Below, in pieces: positions 34,833 to 47,133 of a stretch of 64,000 bases of DNA. Every line of letters begins with the position of its first letter. The stretch's first letter is position 1. The translations under genes were made by a program, and so were the position numbers. The notes under the pieces are model-generated. The model had not been told where the DNA came from. It saw only the letters and a list, made by a program, of their open reading frames with translations, and searched no databases. The stretch covers positions 107,634,001-107,698,000 of the forward strand of contig NC_086097.1 in NCBI RefSeq assembly GCF_963921235.1, given 5' to 3'. This stretch comes from Mobula hypostoma. Taxonomy: Eukaryota.

Positions 34833-37800
34833 TGTAGCCCCCTGGTAAGCCTCAGGCTCGCTCAGCTCGCTTTCGTCCAGGGGGAGCAGCCTTCGGCCCC
34901 TCCAAACTGGGTAATCAGGTTTGTGTGGATGTTGTGTGATGTACCCCACCTCACCAAATAACAGACAGTACACCATATGTGATTAAATGATTACACTTTA
35001 TAGATCTTATTGGAACTACATACAAGTTTCCCCCGCCATCCAAAGGTAGAGCGTTCCTGTGAAACGGTTAGTAAGCCGGAATGTTGTAAAGCGAAAAAGC
35101 AATTACCATTTATTTATATGGGAAATATTTGTGAGCGTTTGCAGACCCAAAAATAACCTACCAAATCATGCCAAATAACACATAAAACCTAAAATAACAG
35201 TAACATATAGTAAAAGCAGGAATGATATGATAAATACACAGCCTATATAAAGTAGAAATACTTTTCTACAATCATTGCTGCACTGTTCTCCGTAGCAAAA
35301 ATCTCACGCAAGCGCTTTTGGCAGAAACACTCTTCTCCAGTAATATTTTAGCTATGAAGCTGCCAAATCATAGCAAATAATGCTTAAAAATACACAGCCT
35401 ATATAAAGTAGAAATAATGTATGTACAGTGTAGTATCACTTACGGGAATCTGGAAGACAGCGCCGAGCCCACTGATGATGGTGTGTTAGGCTGAGTCATC
35501 GGAGGTTGGGGTGGTACAGTGGTCCCCACCCTCCGGGCTGCCGACCGATCTGTGAAAAATGCAGTGGTAGCCCGGATGCATCCAGCACACCTTTAAGAAA
35601 TAAAGCCAAAATAAACAAGCTGATTAATTAGGTGCCGCCCGGCACGTAAATTTTAGCCCAGATCAGAGGCGATGCGATCAGCAATCACTTCTGATCTGGG
35701 CCGACATTTACGTGCTGGGCAGCACCTAATTAATTAGCTTGTTTATTTTTGCTTTTTTCTTAAAGACGTGCTGGATGCCTCCTGGCTACTGGTGCATTCT
35801 CCGCGGCAATGTATCGGTTGGGGTAGTGGGACACTGGGGTGACATCTCGTCTGTTTCCATCAGGGCAGGTAGGTCATCTTCTTCTATGTCTGCCTGCCTT
35901 GATGTTGAAGGTCGAGGTTCGTCATCTGCTGTGGCTAATATGGAAGGCTTGCTTGACTGCTTAGCCTCGCGCATTTTTAGATCATACAGTTCTTTGTAAA
36001 CCATTCAAACCATCCTGCAAATATCCCCGAAACCGATGTACCCTTTCAAAATTAAAGTTGTACTTTATCATTGCAGCGAAAATCTCACGCAGTTGCTTCA
36101 AGTTCAGTTCCTGGACAACTTCACTTTCGGTCCATTCGCTACTGCATTCGGTTTCGATTGTTATCCTTTCCTCTTCCAATTGCATCAGCTCTTCATCTAT
36201 CAGTTCTTGGTCATGGGACGCCAAAACCTCTTCGACATCATCTTCGTCAACTTCCACAAGCCAAACTCACTTTGTCCTTACTTCGTTCACCACGATCGAA
36301 ATGCTTAATTATGTCTAGTTTTACGCTCAGTGTAACACCCTTACGAGCTCTTTTAGGCTTTTCTGAGACCTTAGAACTCATCTTGCTAATGGGGGCTTAC
36401 AAGCACGTGTTTAAGCAATGCCGGCTAGAATGCAGTTCCAAATCTGGGGCGCGCGCTGCCTTTTTTTGCGACAGTGAAAACACCTTCTGTTAGCAAAAAC
36501 AGGTAACTAATGTAGGTCTTTCGTAACAGTGAGGTTTCGTAAAGTGAACATTCGAAAAGCAGGGGACACCAGTAATTAATCGAGATAAAATATAAAAAGA
36601 AAGCCAAAGGTGCCAAGTTTATCAAAGTTCAACCGCTTCGTGCACAACCGTTGGAGCTCAATTAATGGAGCCTTCTTTCCACCATTCAATCCCCTCCGAC
36701 CTCCTCGACCCGCCGCCTGGGACCAACCATGGTGGTCGACCAGGCGCTCCACACGAGTCTGTCTTCGTTTCCTCTCCTTGCCGAAGACCCTGGGCCTCGG
36801 GCTCCCGCTCGGGGTCCGTCCCGCCGCCCAGCTTACAGCATCGCATCTCCTCTCTCTGTTCCCATCGCCTTCTGCCCCAAAGCCCATGAAAACAATAGCT
36901 TACAGACACACAAGAAAGAATAACATCTATCCCAATTGGTTAGCAAATGTATACAATTCTCATTATCAGTAATATAACCCAAACAAGCTGCTATAGAGAA
37001 CCACTGTCTCAGCAGTTAACAGTACAGAGAAGCCATTTTATTCTTGCCAGTAACATAAAAGAAGAAACCCCTTACACTCTCCCCCCCACCAAATTTAGTC
37101 ATGTCCTCATGACTTCTAAATAAGTCGCCAACCATTCCTACAGACACAATTCCCAATCCAGTTATAAATAGTGACATTGCTCCCCAAACAGTGGACCTTA
37201 CGCCCGGTCCCACGGGCGCTACATAGCCCAACCTATCTTGGAGTTTCCTAATCCTCCAAGACCTACGTACCCCCTCACCTAAACCCTTCAGGCTCGGACA
37301 CTACTGGGGATAGCTCAGGTCTGCTTGCCAACTCCTCTCTCAATCTCTCACTTATGCCCCCACTGCAACTTGGAGCCCCCGTCCCGTGTCCGGGGCCCTG
37401 CTTCTTTTTCTTCAGGGTCCTGCAGTAACCTAGGCTGCCCACAGATAGCCCTCCTCACTACCCCTGCCTCAGTGGGAGAAGGGCCAAAAGTCTCTTCCTC
37501 AATCAAGGGGAAGTTAGCGAAAGGAAGCATGTACCACACATTCAGCACGTCATCCTTCGAATTCGTATTCTTCCCCATTTCCTCGATTGGTATCTGCTGT
37601 GTGATTTTCTCCAAACTGAAGCACTTAGCCTGGGCTGCCTCTGCAGCCTCTTCAACCTCCAGCAATCAAGACATCAGCTTCTTCTTTGACTCCTCTGCCT
37701 CCACCTGCAGTCGCAGCAGTTCTGACTCACGCTTCGTGTTTATCTCCATCTGGGATGCAATTTCATCACCAGCTTCTTCCAATCTGTTCTGGATCAATTT

Positions 37801-38429
37801 CTTGAGTTTCTGCTGATCCTTTCGAAGGTTGGTCATTGTTCCGTCTCTCTAGGTTAATTCACCAGTACATGACCGCCATTTCGGCTCGGAATTCCATTTC
37901 CTTGTCCCCACTTTGATGAGCGTGGACTCCAGTTCTTCAATAGTTGTCCCAAAATTGCAGCATTCAGTCTCCAGCCTGCATTTCTGAGCGTTCAGTTCAG
38001 CGATGCAAATCTCCTCTCTCAGCCAAACACTCAGGATCTGTGTCCTTCTCCAGACCTGGCACTCGTCCAAAGAAAGTTTTACTTTGTTAATTCTTTGTCG
38101 TCCGGGCTCCACCACCCGCTTCGCATCATCGTCCCCCAAGGTGAATCCAAACCCTAGGCAATCATCCACATACGCCAAAACCCATGATCCTGCCTCACAT
38201 GGGGCACCAACAGATACTGGCAGTCCCACCACCATTTCGTCAGCGCTAGTCTGAACTTGAACAAAGACCTCCGGGGTACCAAGAGCCAACCCATCCAACA
38301 CGCATGCAGTGACAACCAGCAATGCATAATTTAAAGAGGGCGATCATACAGCTTCCTACCAAAAATCCATACTCCAGACGAGTAACCCCACAATGTAGCC
38401 CCCTGGTAAGCCTCAGGCTCACTCAGCTC
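34833..38429 (-). mobile_element. Non-autonomous Gypsy LTR element: 3' LTR 34833-37076 (split by Tigger), PPT 37077-37090, ~1.3-kb internal region, 5' LTR stub 38394-38429
   Basis: TGTAGCCCCCTGGTAAGCCTCAGGCTC at 34833 and 38394. Minus-strand purine tract precedes TGTAAGGGG. Degenerate tRNA-Pro-like PBS TGGGGTTACTCGTCTGGA. Internal coiled-coil ORF remnants end in the pol-tail motif RRSWRIRKLQDRLGY. Confidence 0.85.
35023..36572 (-). mobile_element. Internally deleted Tigger/pogo DNA transposon
   Basis: TA flanks at 35021-35022 and 36573-36574 with imperfect TIRs. ATG at 36381 gives MSSKVSEKPKRARKGVTLSVKLDIIKHFDRGE (psq-type HTH start) joined to the acidic C-terminus EVDEDDVEEVLASHDQELIDEEL...YKELYDLKMREAKQSS; no DDD domain. 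Confidence 0.9.
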
Positions 38430-39740
38430 TGTCCCTCATGTCTTAGCATCACCTTTGTAAACATTTCCTGCACTTTCTCTACTTTATAAGCAACTTTCCT
38501 ATAGCGGGACACGTGAAACTGGACACAATACTGCAAGTGGAGTCACCGGTGTCCTCCCACTACATGACCTCCCAACTTTTATCCTCAATGCCCTGACTTA
38601 TGAAGGCCAGCTCTCCAAAAACTTTCTGTACCACCCTGTCTACCTGTGACTCCACTTTCTGAGAACCATGTACTAGTATTCCAAGGTCCCTCTGTTCTAT
38701 TACACTCGTCAGGGCCCTGGCATTGTCACTGAGAATGTCCTACCTCGATTTGCCTTTCCAAAATGCAACATCTTCCACTTATTCCAATTTAACTCCATTT
38801 GCTATTCCTTGTCCCACTTACTCAGTTGATCAAGAACCCCCTGCAACTTTTGATAACTTCCCTCATTGTCCACTCTACCACTTACTTTGTTGTCATCTGC
38901 AAACTTACTAACCATGCTTCTACATTCAAATCCGAATTGTTACTATAGATACCAAATAACAATAGAGTCCAACACCACCCCCTGAGGTTCACCACTAGTC
39001 AGAGGCCTCAAGGCCAAGAAACAACCTTCCAACATCACCCTCTGCTTTCTATCATCAAGCCAATTGTGTATCCAATTAGCCAGCTCTCCCTGGATTCCAT
39101 TCAATCTTGCCTTCCTGAGCAGCCTATATGGAACTTTATCAACGGCCTCACTGAAGTCCATATAAACCATGTCTTCATCAAAAAAATCAACTAATTCATA
39201 AGACATGATCTCCCATGCACAAAGCCAAGCTGACAACCTCCAAAGTAACTTTCTTTCCAGATGTACACATATCTTGTCCTGCAGAATCCTCTCCAGTAAT
39301 TTACCTGCCATAGATGTTAGCCTTACTAGCCTATAGTTCTCAGGTTTCCTTAAATAAAGGCAAGGCATTTGCTACCCTCCAGCCTATCCGCATCACACCA
39401 ATGGCAAAAAATATGTAAGTATCTCTGCCAGGGTCCCCGGATTTTCTTCTCCAGCCTCCTGGTATTCTTGGATATACCTGACCAGGTGCTGAAGATTTGA
39501 ACACCTACATTTTTAATATATTCAGCATCTCCTCTATCTTCTGTGATGTTGCCTATCCTCATAACCTTCCTTAGTTTTGAAATCTTCATGTCTTTCTCCA
39601 CAGTAAAAAGAGAGGAGAAATATTTGTCAAATACCTTGCCCATCTCCTGAGTTTACTCTTAGGTCTTTGAGGGGCCCTATTCTTCTCTAGTTACTCTTTT
39701 TCGCTTAATATACTTATAAAATCTCACTGGATTTTCTTTA

Positions 39741-40367
39741 AGGGAGGAAGGAGAAGATGGCAATGGGATGCAGTGCGCGTGGCCGTTCTGAATGAATATC
39801 GTATGTGTAACTAGGGGGCCGTGCACAATCCGGATTTGATGGAGACAGCCGTGAGAAGCACGGAGGAACACCTGGAGTAACTTCTGAAATGCCTGCTTCG
39901 CTGCGCTGCTACTGTATGATCGAGAATCTCTGGATTCAAAGGCCCCAACTCCTTGGCTTTGCCTATTGCCTGTTGCTGGGGTCGGGGTCGAAGTGCTCGG
40001 TGTCAGAGAGCTGGTCGAAGGCTCGGAGTTTTCGGACGGACTCGGAGACGGACTGTGGTCGGATGCTTCCAGTATGCTGCATCGGCAGGTTGGCGGTGCT
40101 GGAGGTTTACCGTCTGTGTGAGATGATGGGACTTTCAAGAGACTTTGAGACTTTTACCGTGCCCATGGTCTGTTCTTATCAAATTACAGTATTGCTTTGC
40201 ACTGATGTAACTATATGTTATAATTATATGGTTTTTGTTAGTTTTTAAGTTGGCTTGTCATGTGTTTTCGTGATATCATTCTGGAAAAACATTGTATCAT
40301 TTCTTAATGCATGCATTACTAAATGACAATAAAAGAGGACTGCGTGTCCTCATAATCTAATCTAATC
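39741..40367 (+). mobile_element. ~630-bp SINE-like element nested in CR1
   Basis: Starts GGAGAAGATGGC, CpG-rich body, ends AATAAAAG...(AATCT)n; interrupts CR1 homology. Confidence 0.65.
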
Positions 40368-41095
40368 TTCTCTGATCCTTTTTTGCCCTCCTGATTTCCG
40401 ACTGCATCCTATATACTCCTTCAGGGACTCAGTTATTCCTAGCTGCCTGTACCTGTTCCACACCTTCTTTTTCCTGGCCAGGCCATCACTACCCCATGTC
40501 ATCCGATCCTAGCAACCTGCCCTTCACTCTGACAGGAGTATGCAGACCCTGAGCTCACCTATAAAATCCTGTGGTCCTGCGCTCCAGTTTCCCACTAACA
40601 ACCTACTCCAATCAAGCTTTGCAAGCTCTTGTCTCATCCTGTCAAAATTTGCCTTGCCACATTTTAGAACTTGAACCTATGGATGGACCAGTTCTGACCT
40701 TTCAAACTAGTCCCAACGCTCTGCAACTGTCAACTGAATCACTTGCCCTGCCCTATTACACAAGAATAGGTCAACCTTTGCCCTTTGCCTAGTAAGGCAC
40801 TCTATATTTCCAGATGAAAGTTTCCTGACCTCACTTAACAAATAATACCCCATCTAAGCTGTTAATAGTATGGAAGTTGCAGTCTATGTTAGGAAAGTTA
40901 AAATCCCCTATGACAATCCTATTGTTCTTACAGCTCTACACAATCTCCTGTATTTTTGTTCCTCCAATTCCCCTTGAATACTTGAGAGCCCATATCCTAA
41001 CAATGTGATCATCTTCTTCAGCTCTACCCACTAAGCCACACTGGATGATCCTTCAGCAATTTCATCTATGACTGTTCTGTTCTGTTCTGAGACCT

Positions 41096-41665
41096 CTGTC
41101 AGTCAGAGTTGACCATGAATATTCCATCCTAGCTGTCTAGATATGCAAGCCTGGTCAGTACGATATGGAACACAAGCTGCTACCCATGTAGCAAGCACCC
41201 CCTCTCCACGCATTTGATGAACCCAAAGGAACGGCAGGGGCCGATGCAGTTTGGTACCAGCAGCATCGCAGGAGTTGCCAGTCAGTATTGAACTCAATGT
41301 AGGACTGCCTTAGGGACTCCAGCTCCTGATTTTTCCCTTGGGGTTTACTCCTGAAGCCTTCCCCATGGGTGGATATAGCCACTAGGCAGTGGAGGTTTGA
41401 AAACAGAATTTTTCTTCACCTAGATAAGTTGCCAACCACAGCTAATGAGCTCCATCTGCCTGAAGCAACTGGTTTAAAGATGCCAGTAACCTACCTTTGC
41501 CCCTTCTCCTCTCAGTAGAAATGGTTCTGCCTGGCTTAGTAGCTAAGCCATACTTGAAGGCCAGAAGCTGAACTTGGTTGTCAGAGGCTGTTTGAGGCAC
41601 ACACTGTTGGGAGCATTTAATAGGTAGTGGGAGCTTATCCCCATTATCACCCCCAGTTATAACAA
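41096..41665 (-). mobile_element. Short RTE-like non-autonomous element nested in CR1
   Basis: Interrupts the CR1 endonuclease region; CATCTAGG.GAAG.AAA.TCTG.TTTCAAACCTCCACTGCC-type motif recalled from RTE 5' UTRs. Confidence 0.45.
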
Positions 41666-42769
41666 CTTTATGACTACTGCTGTGACATTCCCCGTAATCA
41701 TAAATGCAATGCCCCTTCCTCTCTTTCCTCGGCCTCTATCCTGCCTAAAGTGCCTGTATCCCGGAACAGTCCTGTTCCTCCCTTTGTCACGTTTCCATAA
41801 GGACTATAATATCCTAGTCCCATGTAGCTATCCAGTCGCTAATTTCATCCGTCTTACCTGTCAGACCTTAGACTGAAATAAATGCAATTCAATCCAAAAA
41901 GCTTTCTTGCACCCTGTCTCACTCCTGCCTATTCAATTTACTGTCACTGACGTCGGCATCACTTTCCAGCCTTTCAATTGTTTCCCTGATGCTTGGGATC
42001 CCAGCCCCTCCCAGTGGAATTTAAATCCATCCCAGTAGCACAAATAAACTTGCCTGACAGATCATTGATACTTTACAGCTTGTGTGTTGTAGATTCCTGT
42101 ATGTTCTGTATGTAGCTCATCGACAGATCTGGAGAATATGTACAGTGGCTCCACAGTATCGGCATTTTAAAGTTCACCAGTTACTTGATATTTAAACTAG
42201 CAGATATCCTGAACAATGCTGTAAAACTTCTCATCGAAATTTTTCAAGGTTGGTCCAGCCTTTCAAACATTGTCCATAGATATGATTCAGCTCCACTTCT
42301 TGCTGAGTCATCTGAGCAACGCACACAGCTTTCACCGGGCAATCTACTACAGTGTTTTAGCACTATATTTGGAGTGTGTAGTGGCAGAACCAAGCCATTG
42401 CCACTGCCTGCCATCATTACAGAGTTGTTATATTTGCATGATGCTTCCTCAGCTCCAATGATTGTTCCAAAAGTTGAATCCTTTCTTCAATCCTTTATTA
42501 GCAATTAGTAAACATACAATCTTGAGGCGATGAAACTTAAGCATACCCAAGTGATATGAATGCCTAACCACTATGCAGCGATGTTTAGTGATATCTTAAG
42601 ATAATCTCAAAGAAAGATACAATCTCTGCTGCTCCCAAGGTACAACTGCTGCAAAGTAAGCAAGAATACCTAACTTATTCCCCTTGCTTTTACCACGCTT
42701 CCCCACTCTTGTGACTGGTTACCATAATAAACACATAACACAGAATACAAAGCAGATAGAGAATCACGT

Positions 42770-43220
42770 ACACGGCTCCTACAGAGTGCCCAGTTTAGCT
42801 GCCCGTACTATTGGAAAGAGTGCAAATGAGATGCATCAGGATTTTGCCTGGGTTGAAGAACCTTGGTTATACAGTGAGAGATTGGATAGGCTGGACTTGT
42901 TTTCCATAGGACGAAGGAGACTGCGAGGTGACCTTGGGTAAGATTATCAGGGGCGTAAATCAGAGGGATAATCAACATCTCTTCCCCATGATAGGGATAT
43001 CAAAAACACAAGAAGATGTGTACATTTAACCTGAGAGGAAGCAGTTTTTAAAAGGGATCTGGGGAATTAGTTTCATTATACACAGGGAGTGGTTGGTACC
43101 TGAAATGGTGTACTGGAGATAGGATTGGATACAATTATTACATTTGAGAGGAATTTAATAGCAATGTGAAGACGAATAGTATCCTAACGTGGGCAAATGA
43201 TACATATGTAGATAAGCAAA
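42770..43220 (+). mobile_element. Degraded CR1 3' fragment
   Basis: YSERLDRLDLFSIGRRRLRGDL. Confidence 0.7.
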
Positions 43221-43894
43221 AAGCTCAGGAAGGACACAGGGAGCCAAAACTCAAAAATGTGAAAATCTGTAGGTGCTGGAACTCCAAAATGCTGAAGGAA
43301 CTCAGCAGCTCAGGCAGAATCTGTGGAAAAGAGTAAACAGTCAACCTTTTTGGGCCAAGACCCTTCATCAGAACTGGAAAAAAGATGAGGTTAGAGCAAG
43401 AAGATGGGGGGAGGGGAGGAAGAAGTACAAGGTGGTAGGTGATATGTGAAACCAGGAAAGGGAAGAGTGAAGTAAAGAGCTGGGAAGCTGATAGGGGAAA
43501 CAGATAAAGGACTGGAGAAGGGGGAATCCTGTAGGAGAGGGTAGATGACCATGGAAGAAAGGAAAGGGGGAGGAGCACCAGAGGAAGGTGATGGTTAGGT
43601 AATGAGATGAGATGAGAGAGGGAAATGGGAATGGGAATGGTGAAGGGGGGGGGCAATTACCAGAAGTTCAGGAAATTGATGTTCATACGATCAGATTGGA
43701 GGCTACCCAGATGGAATATAAGCTGTTGCTTCTCCAACCTGAGTGTAGCTTCATCGCAGCAATAGAGGAAGCCATGGACTGACATTTCATAGAAACATAG
43801 AAACATAGAAACATAGAAAATAGGTGCAGGAGTAGGCCATTCGGCCCTTCGAGCCTGCACCGCCATTTATTATGATCATGGCTGATCATCCAAC

Positions 43895-46894
43895 TCAGAA
43901 CCCAGCCTTCCCTCCATACCCCCTGACCCCTGTAGCCACAAGGGCCATATCTAACTCCCTCTTAAACATAGCCAATGAACTGGCCTCAACAGTTTGCTGT
44001 GGCAGAGAATTCCACAGATTCACCACCCTCTGTGTGAAGAAGTTTTTCCTAATCTCGGTCCTAAAAGGCTTCCCCTCTATCCTCAAACTGTGACCCCTCG
44101 TTCTGGACCTCCCCAACATCGGGAACAATCTTCCCGCATCTAGCCTGTCCAATCCTTTTAGGATCTTATACATTTCAATCAGATCCCCCCTCAATCTTCT
44201 AAATTCCAACGAGTACAAGCCCAGTTCATCCAGTCTTTCTTCATATGAAAGACCTGCCATCCCAGGAATCAATCTGGTGAACCTTCTTTGTACTCCCTCT
44301 ATGGCAAAGATGTCTTTCCTCAGATTAGGGGACCAAAACTGCACACAATACTTCAGGTGTGGTCTCACCAAGGCCTTGTACAACTGCAGTAGTACCTCCC
44401 TGCTCCTGTACTCGAATCCTCTCGCTATAAATGCCAGCATACCGTTCGCCTTTTTCACCGCCTGCTGTACCTGCATGCCCACTTTCAATGACTGGTGTAT
44501 AATGACACCCAGGTCCCGTTGCACCTCCCCTTTTCCTAATCGGCCACCATTCAGATAATAATCTGTTTTCCTATTTTTGCCACCAAAGTGGATAACTTCA
44601 CATTTATCCACATTAAATTGCATCTGCCATGAGTTTGCCCACTCACCCAACCTATCCAAGTCACCCTGCATCCTCTTAGCATCCTCCTCACTGCTAACAC
44701 TGCCATCCAGCTTCGTGTCATCCGCAAACTTGGAGATGCTGCATTTAATTCCCTCATCCAAGTCATTAATATATATTGTAAACAACTGGGGTCCCAGCAC
44801 TGAGCCTTGCGGTACCCCACTAGTCACCGCCTGCCATTCTGAAAAGGTCCCGTTTATTCCCACTCTTTGCTTCCTGTCTGCTAACCAATTCTCCACCCAC
44901 ACCAACACCTTACCCCCAATACCGTGTGCTTTAAGTTTGCACACTAATCTCCTGTGTGGAACCTTGTCAAAAGCCTTTTGAAACTCCAAATATACCACAT
45001 CCACTGGTTCTCCCCTATCCACTCTATTAGTTACATCCTCAAAAAATTCTATGAGATTCGTCAGACATGATTTTCCTTTCACAAATCCATGCTGACTTTG
45101 TCCGATCATTTCACCGCTTTCCAAATGTGCTGTTATCACATCCTTGATAACTGACTCCAGCAGTTTCCCCACCACCGATGTTAGGCTAACCGGCCTATAA
45201 TTCCCCGGTTTCTCTCTCCTTCCTTTTTTAAAAAGTGGGGTTACATTAGCCACCCTCCAATCCTCAGGAACTAGTCCAGAATCTAACGAGTTTTGAAAAA
45301 TTATCACTAATGCATCCACTATTTCTTGGGCTACTTCCTTAAGCACTCTGGGATGCAGACCATCTGGCCCTGGGGATTTATCTGCCTTCAATCCCTTCAA
45401 TTTACCTAACACCACTTCCCTACTAACATGTATTTCGCTCAGTTCCTCCATCTCACTGGACCCTCTGTCCCCTACTATTTCTGGAAGATTATTCATGTCC
45501 TCCTTAATGAAGACAGAACCAAAGTAATTATTCAATTGGTCTGCCATGTCCTTGGTCCCCATAATCAATTCACCTGTTTCTGTCTGTAGGGGACCTACAT
45601 TTGTCTTTACCAGTCTTTTCCTTTTTACATATCTATAAAAGCTTTTACAGTCAATTTTTATGTTCCCTGCCAGTTTTCTCTCATAATCTTTTTTCCCCTT
45701 CCTAATTAAGCCCTTTGTCCTCCTCTGCTGAACTCTGAATTTCTCCCAGTCCTCAGGTGAGCCACTTTCTCTGGCTAATTTGTATGCTTCTTCTTTGGAA
45801 TTGATACTATCCCTAATTTCTCTTGTCAGCCATGGGTGCACTACCTTCCTTGATTTATTCTTTTGCCAAACTGGGATGAACAATTGTTGTAGTTCATCCA
45901 TGCAATCCTTAAATGCTTGCCATTGCATATCCACCGTCAATCCTTTAAGTGTCATTTGCCAGTCTATCTTAGCTAATTCACGTCTCATACCTTCAAAGTT
46001 ACCCCTCTTTAAGTTCAGAACCTTTGTTTCTGAATTAACTATGTCACTCTCCATGTTAATGAAGAATTCCACCATATTATGGTCACTCTTACCCAAGGGG
46101 CCTCTCACGACAAGATCGCTAATTAACCCTTCCTCATTGCTCAAAACCCAGTCCAGAATAGCCTGCTCTCTAGTTGGTTCCTCGACATGTTGGTTCAAAA
46201 AACCATCCCGCATACATTCCAAGAAATCCTCTTCCTCAGCACCTTTACCAATTTGGTTCACCCAGTCTACATGTAGATTGAAGTCACCCATTATAACTGC
46301 TGTTCCTTTATTGCACACATTTCTAATTTCCTGTTTAATACCATCTCCGACCTCACTACTACTGTTAGGTGGCCTGTACACAACTCCCACCAGCATCTTC
46401 TGCCCCTTAGTGTTATGCAGCTCTACCCATATCGATTCCACATCTTCCCGGCTTATGTCCTTCCTTTCTATTGCGTTAATCTCTTTTTTAACCAGCAACG
46501 CCACCCCACCTCCCCTTCCTTCATGTCTATCCCTCCTGAATATTGAATATCCCTGAACGTTGAGCTCCCATCCCTGGTCACCCTGGAGCCATGTCTCTGT
46601 GATCCCAACTATATCATAATCATTAATAACAATCTGCACTTTCAATTCATCCACCTTATTACGAATGCTCCTTGCATTGACACATAAAGCCTTCAGGCGC
46701 TCTTTTACAACTCTCTTAGCCCTTTTTAATGCTTGCCCTGGATTTGTCGGCCTGCCACTTTTACTTTTCTCCTTTGTACTTTTTGCTTCTACGCTCACTT
46801 TACACCCCTCTGTCTCTCTGCACTGGTTCCCATCCCTCTGTTGTGAACTAACCTCCTCACGCCTAGCCTCTTTAATTTGATTCCCACCCCCCAA
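43895..46894 (-). CDS. CR1 ORF2: apurinic-like endonuclease and reverse transcriptase (999 aa, uninterrupted)
   Basis: NARSIRNK, GITETWL, MGDFN, SDH (APE); [18 protein letters not shown] (RT); non-ATG start just after the ORF1 stop. Confidence 0.93.
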   Translation of the reverse strand: MGGGNQIKEARREEVSSQQRDGNQCRETEGCKVSVEAKSTKEKSKSGRPTNPGQALKRAKRVVKERLKALCVNARSIRNKVDELKVQIVINDYDIVGITETWLQGDQGWELNVQGYSIFRRDRHEGRGGGVALLVKKEINAIERKDISREDVESIWVELHNTKGQKMLVGVVYRPPNSSSEVGDGIKQEIRNVCNKGTAVIMGDFNLHVDWVNQIGKGAEEEDFLECMRDGFLNQHVEEPTREQAILDWVLSNEEGLISDLVVRGPLGKSDHNMVEFFINMESDIVNSETKVLNLKRGNFEGMRRELAKIDWQMTLKGLTVDMQWQAFKDCMDELQQLFIPVWQKNKSRKVVHPWLTREIRDSINSKEEAYKLARESGSPEDWEKFRVQQRRTKGLIRKGKKDYERKLAGNIKIDCKSFYRYVKRKRLVKTNVGPLQTETGELIMGTKDMADQLNNYFGSVFIKEDMNNLPEIVGDRGSSEMEELSEIHVSREVVLGKLKGLKADKSPGPDGLHPRVLKEVAQEIVDALVIIFQNSLDSGLVPEDWRVANVTPLFKKGRREKPGNYRPVSLTSVVGKLLESVIKDVITAHLESGEMIGQSQHGFVKGKSCLTNLIEFFEDVTNRVDRGEPVDVVYLEFQKAFDKVPHRRLVCKLKAHGIGGKVLVWVENWLADRKQRVGINGTFSEWQAVTSGVPQGSVLGPQLFTIYINDLDEGIKCSISKFADDTKLDGSVSSEEDAKRMQGDLDRLGEWANSWQMQFNVDKCEVIHFGGKNRKTDYYLNGGRLGKGEVQRDLGVIIHQSLKVGMQVQQAVKKANGMLAFIARGFEYRSREVLLQLYKALVRPHLKYCVQFWSPNLRKDIFAIEGVQRRFTRLIPGMAGLSYEERLDELGLYSLEFRRLRGDLIEMYKILKGLDRLDAGRLFPMLGRSRTRGHSLRIEGKPFRTEIRKNFFTQRVVNLWNSLPQQTVEASSLAMFKRELDMALVATGVRGYGGKAGF

Positions 46895-46899
46895 CCATT

Positions 46900-47133
46900 C
46901 TAGTTTAAAGTCACCTCAGTAGCCCCCGCTAATCTCCCTGCCAGGATATTGGTCCCCCTAGGATTCAAGTGTAACCCGTCCTTTTTGTACAGGTCACGCC
47001 TGCACCAATAGAGGTCCCAATGATCCAAAAACTTGAATCCCTGCCCCCTGCTCCAATCCCTCAGCCACGCATTTATCCTCCACCTCATCGCATTCCTACT
47101 CTCACTGTCGCGTGGCACAGGCAGTAATCCCGA
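46900..47133 (-). pseudogene. CR1 ORF1 C-terminus (SGNH/GDSL esterase-like domain)
   Basis: SGLLPVPR...INAWLRDWSRGQGFKFLDHW...YKKDGLHLN (DxxH motif). Confidence 0.85.

Larger units (their letters stand above)
38430..42070 (-). mobile_element. Old, heavily deleted CR1 LINE (RT to APE) with nested insertions
   Basis: KPENYRLVRLTSMAGKLLERI...VYMDFSEAVDKVP...SGEPQG; ENPVRFYKYIKRKRVTRE; endonuclease remnants at 40800-41090 and 41666-41880. Confidence 0.8.
43790..47133 (-). mobile_element. Young CR1 LINE, 5'-truncated within ORF1
   Basis: (TTTCTATG)n tail; TSD CATTTCA at 43783-43789 and 47144-47150; ~10 extra bases at the 5' junction. Confidence 0.97.

Noticed and set aside
35023..36572. Identification as MER6
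   Set aside because: No V-SINE-like domain seen, and the ends fit a different Tigger family better.
42185..42508. 107-aa ORF in non-repetitive sequence (likewise 54786-55130)
   Set aside because: Non-ATG starts, no motif, lengths expected by chance.
44277..46880. Plus-strand ORFs opposite CR1 ORF2 (e.g. 258 aa at 45780-46556)
   Set aside because: Antisense shadows of the LINE coding frame.
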